The position numbers and the translations under genes were made by a program. DNA of 63,564 bases, the filler included, from Stramenopiles sp. TOSAG23-3 (Eukaryota): the NCBI GenBank assembly GCA_900128585.1. It is 10 parts of 10 records of this genome, joined end to end, with 100 filler letters (N's around TTAATTAATTAA, not from the genome) between each part and the next. Parts side by side here need not be neighbours in the genome. Positions count along the whole stretch, not along the records: positions 34,773 to 41,606 come from LT643246.1; positions 41,707 to 48,536 come from LT643247.1; positions 48,637 to 55,461 come from LT643248.1; 7 more parts are not named here. One strand, written 5' to 3'. Under the pieces are notes generated by a model that saw nothing but the letters and a program-made list of their open reading frames with translations, searched no databases and was not told the DNA's origin. Below, in pieces: positions 38,466 to 48,918 of the stretch (the stretch's first letter is position 1; every line of letters begins with the position of its first letter).

Positions 38466-41183
38466 TCAGTCTTCTAATTCGTCTTCCGACGAACTGATCA
38501 AATCAATCACAATATCATTACACCAGTCATTGCCAGTAATCTCGTTTTCGTCGTCTCCAGAAGAAAGGGGAACTTGTCCCTCTGAATCGTCAGACAAATT
38601 TACGCAATCAATTGCTTCATGAAGCGTCGGGAATGTAGCTTTCGCAAGTTTCGGGTTCGAAGTCTTTTGGACTTTTGTTTCATTTTTCATTTCACCAAAA
38701 TGTTTACGCGTACCCGGGTCAAAAAGCATCGAGTCATCTTCGAATGAGAGCTCGCCGCAATCCGGACTATCCTCAGGTGCAAGCCTTGCCTCGAACCGTG
38801 CACGTTTTGGTGACCGACCTTGACTTTCCCTGAGCGCGGACTTCGGGCGTTTGCCCAAGTCAGAGAGCGATTGTTCGGTGGCATTTTCAGTTGGTTGTTG
38901 CCCGTAAGCTTCCTGGTAAACTTCCTGATAAGCTTCCAAAGATATCCTGCTGATTTCTCGCCACGTTACAACGCCTGTCTCGTCACTGTCAAGCATGATC
39001 TCTGCAAGCTTCTGCTTGCCACGTTCTGCCTTCTGAACTGCTGCTTGGATCCCATCTTTTGCTGCAAGATGCAAGATGTCGACTACACCACTCGCGTTGC
39101 CCTTTTGTCCTCGTCTGTAAACACGGTGAATGAGTTGATCATTCAAAGAATACATGTGGTCAACGATGAGCATTGCTGAGCCCGAAACAAGACTAAGCCC
39201 TACTCCCCCAGCTTGCGAGCTTAAATACAAAACTCTTTTCCCATCCGGACATGCAAAATTTCGTAATATACTGCTCCGTTTCGTCATTGAGCAGGACCCA
39301 TCATAAATATTTCCGTCAATACTATGATTTTCATGGCACCATCTTTGCAGGAGGGTTAAGAACGTCACAAAAGAGCCCGCGACAACAATTTTGTCATGAC
39401 TCCCAAGCAACATTTGGATGCACGAAGCAGCATGAAGCAGGGCAGGACTGGGAGTTTTTAAGGCTTGGTTAACGCAGGTTCTATTAAACTTCCGTCCTCC
39501 GTATTTGTGCACAAGTGCTGGATGGAGTTCTGCTAACTTCATTTTCGTGAGCAACTCGCCGTATCGTATAAACGCCCCTTGACTGATGTACTCATCGCCG
39601 TCGGTAGCAAGGGGAATGGTGTTTGCTTCGCGTAACCACTCTAGAAACTTGAGGGAAGGTTCGTGGATATATTCATGAACAACAACGTTTTTCGGGGGTA
39701 AGCAAACGGTTTTTTGCAATTCGCTTTCACTTACACGATCAATAAAAAGATTTCTCGCGTCTTGACAAACGTTCATGTCGATACTGTTTGAATCAGCATC
39801 CACTCTCCATACTTTCGGATCGTTGAATTTGCCCCTTTCCCCCAATGCTAGGAGTAGACCGGACAAATCGCCAGCTCTATTCACGACTGGAGTTCCGGTA
39901 AGCAAAAAAGCACGGAGCGCATTTGAGCAGATGGCCCTACAGGCTGCCCCATACCATAATTTTGGGATTGCTATATTGTAGTTTCGTGCCTTATGACCTT
40001 CGTCAATGCCAACGAAGTAGAATGCAGTTTCGAAAAACTAGTTGTGAGACATTTTAGCGTAGCCTCCTCGGTTGACCCTTCGTCCCCGTTCGTTAAAGAC
40101 CCTTTCAAATTTTGGATCCCACCGATGGGCCAATTTAAACAATGCTACTAAAACGGTTTCTTTCATCACGTATATTCCTCTCAAATCCCCGGTGCGACAA
40201 GCCTCCGCGTCCGCCATAGAGGTGATATATGTGACATTGCAATTTGGTGAAAATTTCTCAAATTCCTTCTGCCAGACGTCTATAATAGTGGCTACGGGTA
40301 CAATGAGAATGCAGGGTTTTGGTTTCATCTTGTCTTGTTTACACTTTCCAAAGTAGTGACAGAACAATGAAATGCCGAACATCGATTTGCCTGCCCCCAT
40401 GGCCCAGGCATATATCCGCTTCAGAAAGTTTTCGTAGTTTAAAAGAGCGTGTATTTGGTGCTGATAAAATTGACATTTGCCTAACTGAAACCCGCCTGAC
40501 TCACATAATTGAAGGGTTTTCTTGACCAGGCGCTTCCGATCGTCCCGGCATCGAAGGGCCAACTGGTCCTCGAAGATCATGTTTTGCCGTTCCTCCGCGT
40601 GACGTATCATCTCCGTCTCCTTTGCTGCCCGCGCCGCCGGTTTGAGAGTGGTACTTGTCCTCTTCTGGGCTAGCTCGGGTATTTCCTCGCTATCACTATC
40701 CTGTAGGGGGGCTGTTGAAGTCGAAGCAGATGTACCGCGGTGGCCCTGGGCGTAGGTGGGTATTTGAGTACTCTCACATACCTGGGAGTTTTCCCCGCAA
40801 AATTCCCCGAATTGGCAGGTAAGACTGGGCAAAGCCTTCACCAAGGACGCCGCACCTGGCTTTCTCATGTTTGCTGTGCAAAATATGGGCTTGGTGCTGC
40901 TGCTACTGCTGGCGCTCGTGCTGGTGGGCCCCTCGCCCATGCATCCATTACTTTCGTCGACTACATCTGGTAATTCAACGGGGGCGTCAATGGATATGGG
41001 AGAGATGCCGGGAGTGACATGTCTCTCGGAAACAGTGGAACTACCCGCACCTTCATTTGTGCCAAGCGATGATGCTGGTCCCGCAAACTGGCTGATGCGT
41101 AATTGCGTTTCCCTGGGTTGCTCCGCCGTTTGTGTAGTTTTCCCGATAATCCTGTTCAGGAAGTTACGAATGAACTTAGCCAT
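38466..41183 (-). pseudogene. SNF2-family helicase interrupted by one in-frame TAG (40038-40040)
   Basis: The two track ORFs are in the same frame. The 44 intervening codons read FFETAFYFVGIDEGHKARN..RAF. Motifs MGAGKS, DEGH, TGTPVVN, GGVGLSL, RVYRRGQ are all present. Confidence 0.8.
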
Positions 41184-41706
41184 TTCTCAAACGTTTGTAT
41201 AAACTGTTTGTTTTGGTTACATTTTCAAATATTTTCTTTTATTTCTTGCAAGTTTTGTTTTTCGAAATAGGAAACAACAACAAGGTGTGCGTGTTGTAGT
41301 GGTGGTTGTGGTGATGAAAAGAAAGAAAAAGAAAAAGAGGAGGAGGAAGAAAAAAAGGGTAAAAAAAAATAATAAAATAACAACAACAAACAAACAAACA
41401 AATTCAAGTCAACATCACAGCATCAGGAAGAAGGTTTTGTAATAATACGGTACAACAATAATAAACTCAACCAAATGTTCAAAGAGAACCGTAATGGTAT
41501 TACAATACTATTTTAATAGACACGCGGCGGCGTTGTTCTTGTTTTTTTAATAATTGATTCAATTCTTCTTTTTTTATTTTATTCAGAGAGAGTACGACGC
41601 CAAAGCNNNNNNNNNNNNNNNNNNNNNNNNNNNNNNNNNNNNNNNNNNNNTTAATTAATTAANNNNNNNNNNNNNNNNNNNNNNNNNNNNNNNNNNNNNN
41701 NNNNNN

Positions 41707-44318
41707 CGGCGCTCGTTGGATCTGCACGCCACCAGTTCGATGCAACAGGAGGGGCGGTCAGGCCTACTTTTTTGCATTCTGACTTATCCATGGGGCATGT
41801 TGCGCAGTCTGAATTAGGCGGCAAAAAGTAGTTTTGTTGGCATACGCATTGGGTGTCATTATTCTTTCGGCTGTACGCACCGAGAAACTCACCTAGACCG
41901 CAACCACGGCTGTTGACAGTTATTGTTGAAGTGGTAGGAGCCAATCCTTTGTAAAAAGCCATCTCTGACACATCTACGGCCCTTACCGTGTGAGTCAAAA
42001 CACAGGAAAATATAACTAAGTCTCTCACAATATTCTTCTCAGAGTCTCCTATGCTAACATCGATGGTTTGGTCAACGTCCCAATTTTCATCAGTGAACGA
42101 TAAGCCCGTTGATGATAGTTTGCATTGGTCCGTCGAGCTGGATATTGTTACAGTGATGCCGAAATATGGTGGTCTCGGCAGCTTAACAGTGTAAGATGTT
42201 ACTGAACCCTCCGTTACCGTTCTCGTTGCGAATGTGCCCACCAGACCACCACTACTGCCTGCGTAACACAGCCGGATGTATTCACTAGACCTCCCGTCAA
42301 TTACAAGACGTACATATTTGTCATCATCACATTCCCCTGGCACGCCAGGAGAAGCGTATGTGCAGCGAATTTCGTTGTAAGAAATATGTTGTGGTTCGGT
42401 GCAAAATTCATCATCACCAACATGGACACGGAAATAACTGGAAAGAGGGATAGCAAAATATTCACCTCGAATGACCATCGTACCCCCATTCAATGCTGGA
42501 ACCACGGAGGAGACCACAGGTACTCTGTAATTTATTGGCTTGGAAGGCACGGTTGGGGTTAGATATGATGAAATACCATCGTACTGCACCCAGTACTCGT
42601 ATCCATCTATGGAAATTCTAGTAATTTTATGACCAGTCCCACTTCCAGGGGGCGTGGTGACTCGCAACTCGGTGTTAGATATCCAGGTCGCATTGGTAAA
42701 TTTAGCTTCGACACCCGTCGCCGGGTTAGGGTTACTAGGGGGTTGATATATTTGCAGGGTCAGGTAAACAGCGATCGTTGAGGGGGAGTACCCAAAATGA
42801 TTTCCTTTAATGATCATTCGTTCACCACCCTCCGGATTTAATTGGCTCGCATTTAATATAATTGACTGATTGGGAAGGGGTACTGGATAAAAATCCCAGA
42901 TTGACGGGTGCGAATAGGACACCATTCTGTGTGTAGTTGTCTCCACGGTAGGACACCAGTCCTTTTCGCACCTCATGGACATGCCATTCGAAGCGGTAAC
43001 AGTAATTTTGTGATTGCCCCCAGTTCGGTCTGGCACTGTGCATATAATTTTCGTCGCGCTCCAAAATGTATACGGACACAGAGCATCTCCTATCTTTACA
43101 TTTTTAGTTGTCGAACCGGTTTGGTCAAAATGGAGACCGGTTATCGTTAGGTTCGTGTACGATGGAATGATTTTCGGTTCGACATTCGATATACGTGGGA
43201 CGAAGGTAGATGCATTGCACCAAACTCCTAGCGATGCAGGTGTGCGATCTGTGCACGTGCTTCCAGGTAATCCTGCGCTTTCGCAGAGTGTTTCGGAGTG
43301 GTCACATGTTTCGGAAGAAGACATATTCACTGCTGTTTGCCCTTGCCAATTGTAATTTATCATTCTTAGACTGCCTGTGAAGGAGTCAAACAACAAGTCC
43401 TCTCCAGTATTATCCATGAATCTACCACCGACGAAAGTGACATTGTTGACCCCAGAACCTACAATTCCAACTCCGCCATTAGGATTCGAACTACCTCCAG
43501 TATTCCCTCCAGTATTTCTAGAAATAATGTTGTCGAAGAGGAGAAGGTCTCCCTTCCTTACGCACAGTACAAAATTTCCTTCTAGTACACGATTACCGGA
43601 CAGTACACTTTTTAAAATTTGTAATTTCCCGTCAGATTCCATTGAAATTGCACTACAGCCTTTTTCAGCACGGTTACCAGTTATTATACTGTTTTTTATA
43701 AAAACCGAACCATTAACAATCCTCATCACTCCACCTTCATTTTCATGTGCGCCGTTCACTAACATTAAATTGTCAATAGTAAGTGTCCCCCCCTTTTACC
43801 AGAAATAGCCTGTTCCCTTCGTCGTAACGACCCTGAGTTCGGAGCCCTCCATCAATTGCCCGCTTCCCATCATCTTGAATCCCAGGCATGGTCTCTCCCA
43901 CCAGTTTCGCAGAAACTCCAGATCCAAAAACTAAAGTTGATGTAATCGAGCAATTGGTGTAGAGACTCAGTCCTTCTGTTAGAATGAGCGGGTTAAAATT
44001 ACTACACAGGTTATACCGTTGACCAGGCAACGGACCCGCAAACATACGTCTCCTATTGACAATTTTATCATTTGAAGCTATCGAGCCTAGATTTACGGCA
44101 GACTGTTTTATTTCTTTTTCCTTAGGAGCCTGACACTGTGGAAATAGTTCTGCAAAATCAGCTTCGTGTATGCGTTTTTTCTTCGTGCATTCCTCATCAC
44201 AGACGGGAAACATCTTCTCAAACGTCTTATCATACCGCTCTTGATCTGCTAGACAATCGCCATGAGCAAAAGTCACAAGAGCAAAGCACAATAGTAAAAA
44301 GTAGAAATGGCGAGCCAT
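41707..44318 (-). CDS. Large surface adhesin-like protein (signal peptide, Pmp/pectin-lyase-like region, IPT/TIG repeats, Cys-rich); frameshifted at a G7 run and 3' truncated
   Basis: MARHFYFLLLCFALVTFAHG. Removing one G at 43787-43793 gives RLFLVKGGTLTIDNLMLVNG and fuses the two ORFs. IPT repeats PRISNVEP..LTITGLHF, GGERMIIKGNHFG, GGTMVIRGEYF. Confidence 0.8.
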
Positions 44319-44750
44319 AGTTATTTTTGTCAGTATCAATTGTATAAAATACAAAGTATATTCGATTGCGATGTTGAATATGTTTTTTTTTTTAGAAGAA
44401 TCGTTCGTTTCGCGGGAACTGTTGCTAGAATTTATCTTTTTTTTAGAAGAATTGTTCGTTACCAGAATGGATACCAGTGTTGATAAAGATGTTGGCAGTG
44501 AAATTCAATACAAGAGAAAAAAATTAGTGGTGGCCAACGACCAACGACGGAAAGAAAATTGTTGATCGTAGATCGTAGATAGTCTTGTGGTTTGGTATAT
44601 TTTCTTTTAATTGTAGGATGCTGACACCAATGGTACTGATATGATATCCATTCCTAAGCTGTGTGAATGCTAGATGCTGTTTTTTTTCACTAAGCCAATC
44701 AATTAATTATTATTATTATTTTTATTAATTATTATAAATTATTATTCGTG

Positions 44751-44955
44751 CGTTGAAACACACTAGTTCCTACTAAAATGTAGACTAAATATTTTAGGTA
44801 GGGAAATGATGAACTACACATCATAGTTAAAACTGTGACAAAAATTTGTGTACGTTGAAACTGCGCTGAAACTTCCTACTAAAATGTAGATTAAATATTT
44901 TAGATAGGGAAATTATGACCTACGCATCATAGTTAAAACTGTGACTAAATTTGTG
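44751..44955. repeat. Two-copy imperfect tandem repeat (period about 105 bp) with internal hairpins
   Basis: TTCCTACTAAAATGTAGA..CATCATAGTTAAAACTGTGAC..TTTGTG at 44767-44850 and 44873-44955. Confidence 0.9.
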
Positions 44956-45250
44956 GTGCGCGCGTGCTCAAATGATGACGTGCTGATTGCTATGTTTTTT
45001 TGCATTTTTATTAATAAAAAATAATAATAAATATATAATACTTCGTAGTCCTTTGTATAAAAAAATGCTTTTTGTAAATAAACGTCGAAGCCAACTTCAT
45101 ATTATTATTATTTGAAAGAAATAATCTTTTCTAACGAAAATAGATCATTCTTCGTCAAGAAATATAGAGCCACCAATATAGAGCGTGACGCCCAAATACA
45201 ATCTCTATTTTACACAGTCAATACTGACAAAAGATCCACAAGTGAGAAAT

Positions 45251-46144
45251 ATGTGCAATGGTATTTTTGTTGGCGTTGTGGCTTTGATTTGCCTCCAACC
45301 TGGTTCTGCTGTTTGTTATACAGCTCCTGATGCCTCGGGTCACGTAAACGTATCTAACAGTTTGACGGAAATTGAATCAGGGGCATACTATGGATGTCGC
45401 GAACTTAAATCGATAACCATACCAAGTAGTGTGACATCGATACAATCTCAGGCATTTCGAGACAGCGGCCTTACCTCGTTAACCATACCGAACAGTGTGA
45501 CGTCGATAGGTCCATCGTTATGCTATGGCTGTGAGAACCTTACTTCGGTGACCATACCGAACAGTGTGGAAACTCTAGGAGAACGCGCATTTGACTCATG
45601 TACACTTCTAGAGAGCTTGACCATACCGAACAAAGTGACGTCGGTAGGAAAGAGGCTTTGTTCAGAGTGCAAAAGCCTGACGTCCTTAACCATATCGAAC
45701 AATGTCACGAGCATAGGATATCTTGCTTTCCAAGGAACGGGTTTAACGTCAGTAACCATACCAAACTGCGTGACGGAAATATCAAAACATGCATTCTGGA
45801 ATTCTCAAAACCTTGTTTCAGTGACCATTGGTACCGGCGTAAAAAGCATTGGGGACAGTGCATTCGGATCAAACAATAAGGAACGCAACAAGAATCTGAA
45901 ATGTTACAAGGTCTGTGAGCCAGGGCCAAACGCATGTCATAAAATGGTCAGCCTGGACGACGATGTCTCTGGAAGCGGAAAATCATGTTTCGGAGATTGT
46001 ACCATGGAGTCGCTAGATGCATTGAGCTGTCCCGGAGTCGATGGAGAGTGCGAGGAATGTCCGCTGAAAAGTGCCAGTGTGTTGTCCTCGCGGTCGATGA
46101 TCACCACCGTGCTTCTACTCGCCGTGCTCGTTTATCTTTTCTAG
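45251..46144 (+). CDS. BspA-like leucine-rich repeat (LRR_5) surface protein, likely GPI-anchored
   Basis: Signal peptide MCNGIFVGVVALICLQPGSA. Repeats LTSVTIPNSVTSIGxxAF. Cys-rich stalk. Hydrophobic C-terminus VLLLAVLVYLF. Confidence 0.92.
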   Translation: MCNGIFVGVVALICLQPGSAVCYTAPDASGHVNVSNSLTEIESGAYYGCRELKSITIPSSVTSIQSQAFRDSGLTSLTIPNSVTSIGPSLCYGCENLTSVTIPNSVETLGERAFDSCTLLESLTIPNKVTSVGKRLCSECKSLTSLTISNNVTSIGYLAFQGTGLTSVTIPNCVTEISKHAFWNSQNLVSVTIGTGVKSIGDSAFGSNNKERNKNLKCYKVCEPGPNACHKMVSLDDDVSGSGKSCFGDCTMESLDALSCPGVDGECEECPLKSASVLSSRSMITTVLLLAVLVYLF

Positions 46145-46872
46145 TGGACCAGATGTAAGTTGAAGAGGCGTCCAAGTGATGTGCACTTTAAAATAAATAC
46201 TTTTCGTATTATATCGTAAGTTAAAGAAAATGTCGGGGAGAATAATTCATAATGGCACGCGCGCAATAATACCTCGGTAAGGCTACTGACAAAATGTAGC
46301 CCTATCACATCATCCTCCAGTCGAAATTAGAATACAAACAACATACTACATATACTGACATCTATCAGTCAGCTGTCAAAAATCAGCACCGAAACAGCAT
46401 TAAGACCTTCTTCGTAAAAAACTCCCACCATGCTATCGCCTCCTACCGCTCCTGATCTTCATGGCAGAATAGGTACTATACCTGAGGGCGTAGTGTGTGG
46501 CTGTTTAAGTATACTATGCCTATTTCTTTTCAACAAGTATTGATTGTTTTGGCCGTCATAGTTGTTTTGATTCCTATATGAGGTCGCTATAATGTAGCAG
46601 TATTATTGTTTTTTTTAGTAGTAGTATGGGGAAAGAGTGATCACGGCCCAAACAGTACCGAACATCCGTACCAAACGAAATAGGAACCACAGCTTAAAAC
46701 GCGGATGCTGGTCGGAGTTTTGCCTAGTCTATTTAGTACAGGGTTGCATAGTGTAAAGTAGTGATAGGATCATATTTTAGTACACTTTGTATGTAGTGTT
46801 GTATGTATTTTTTCACATTGCTGTGTACTTGTGCGGTTTTTTTTTTAGATTACAGGGAAAGTCAGTAGTCTT

Positions 46873-47382
46873 TTAACTACAACCGCTGATCCGTAAAAAA
46901 TTTTTGGTGAATTGAGCTTTTGCTTTTATCATTTCTGCTCGTAGTTTTTTCAGTGTCTTCAATGTTTTCACTTTTGACCGCGCCAATTCTTTTTCACGTT
47001 TCATCAAATTTGTGGACAAACTTCGGATTTCCCTTTCCAGCTCCGCGATTTCCCTGCCACGATCGGCGAGATCACGGTTATGCCCCGCGAGAGTCGCTTT
47101 AGCTTCATCTTTCAACCGAACTATAGTTCCGTCCGCACTCCTCAGTTCGTCGGCGATCGTCATGTACGCTTCGACAACGTGTACGTACTTTGAGGCGCAC
47201 TTCGCTCCCGGTAATATCCTCCCCGGCGCTGCGTCTGCATCATTTGTTGTGCGCTCAACGGCTTTATGGCCGCCCAGCTTACGGGACGGTACAAGGTGAA
47301 ACTTCTGGGATACATACATATTTCCTGCGGTCAAAATGAAACAAAAGACACCAAACATCAGGAGTGGAACGCTCCACCCCAT
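46873..47382 (-). CDS. Small signal-anchored coiled-coil protein
   Basis: MGWSVPLLMFGVFCFILTA followed by a heptad-like C-terminal half. Confidence 0.6.
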   Translation of the reverse strand: MGWSVPLLMFGVFCFILTAGNMYVSQKFHLVPSRKLGGHKAVERTTNDADAAPGRILPGAKCASKYVHVVEAYMTIADELRSADGTIVRLKDEAKATLAGHNRDLADRGREIAELEREIRSLSTNLMKREKELARSKVKTLKTLKKLRAEMIKAKAQFTKNFLRISGCS

Positions 47383-48212
47383 TACTATATTATGCTTTTC
47401 GCACCTATTGCGACAGGGGACGGAGAACAGAGCTATTCTTCTCGGAACGTCGCGTGTCAAAAACAGTCGTTTGCGGTGCCACGATCGCGCAGCTTTAAAA
47501 GCGCAGCCAAATCCTTTTCTTTGTATATTTTTCTGGTGAAAGATACATTTTTGTAGTCGATTTATATTGTTGCTTCATCGTCGCAATATAAAATAATCAC
47601 CCATGTATTGGTGAACTACCAAATCTATTGTAAAAGATGATGATAATATTTTTTAGTAATGTTTTTAATTATAGAAAAGAAGAAATGAAAAAGAAGAAGA
47701 AAGAAGAAGAAGAAGAGGAGGAGGATGCATTCTTCATGATACAGAAGACTAGTATTAATACAGGGAAATAGGTAGGAACAGGTAAAATTTCCTTCTTGAC
47801 AAAATAAATAAATAAATTGGTATGCTATACCCCTGTTAACCACTTCTTAACTATAAAAGAACAGGAAGCAGTCGTCCATGCTTTTATGAACTTTCCATCG
47901 TTTACATGAACAGAGCACCTAACTTATTTTACCATGACTTTAGTTCCTATATACAGTCTATTGAATTTATATATATGTACATAATAGAATGTTATTATTG
48001 TTAGTATTTATATTGTTAAATTAGTATAAATCCCATCTCCTCAGGGAAGAAGAAGAAGGGCAATCATATTATTAAAAGAAAAAGTATTTTCCTATCTCTG
48101 CCGCATCAATCACATTATTCTTGCAAAAATTCAACACCACCACCACCTTTCCAATTGATAAATAAAACCATTACAGACGAAAAGGCAGAAACAGCAGAAG
48201 TAAAATTGAATA

Positions 48213-48536
48213 ATGCAAGACGTGACAAAAGAGGAAATGCAGGAAAACCCTCTCCGGCACAATGCCATTGGCAACTTGGAATTAATGAGTGGGCACGACG
48301 AAGCGAAAGAGCTTTCACGGTGTCGGAAATGCCGTATAGTGTGCGGTGGTGAAAGCGTAGTGGTGAACATGACGGTGCTTGGTTTAGGTGGAGGCAACAT
48401 TTATCTTTATTGGGCATACGAACCAAATTTTGAACTTCGTTTCACCCGTGAAGGAGTGTGGGTATTTTTCGCACTAGGAATTCTTTCCTGCTTGCTCGCA
48501 CTATCGTTTATTGTTCGCACTTGTATTGCTATTCAA
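48213..48536 (+). CDS. Hypothetical membrane protein, 3' truncated
   Basis: ATG ORF with hydrophobic segments running into the contig end. Confidence 0.5.
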
Positions 48537-48918
48537 NNNNNNNNNNNNNNNNNNNNNNNNNNNNNNNNNNNNNNNNNNNNTTAATTAATTAANNNNNNNN
48601 NNNNNNNNNNNNNNNNNNNNNNNNNNNNNNNNNNNNCAAAACAAAAAAAACAAAAAAGACCAAAAAAAAATACTAAGAAAAAATATTATTAATAATAAAT
48701 ATTATCATCATCCGATGATAATGATGATTCCAAAACAAACAAAAAATCATCCAAACAAACAACCCAAACCCAAACAAACCAACAACTGTGGGAGATTTAA
48801 AAGAAAAAGTATACATCTAGTAATATACAAGCACGCAGAGATTTACGAAAGAAACACCTACCTGCGTTAATTTTTATTCACACACACATACACCAACACC
48901 AGGAGGAATAAAGAAAGT

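Noticed and set aside
40038-40040. Alternative genetic code (TAG or TGA reassigned)
   Set aside because: TAG ends the FKBP right after DDEL and the BspA gene right after its hydrophobic tail, TGA ends several conserved genes, and long ORFs contain no internal stops.
44751-44990. Firm C/D snoRNA or CRISPR call
   Set aside because: The box C-like motif is degenerate in the second copy, I cannot identify a guide, and there are only two units.
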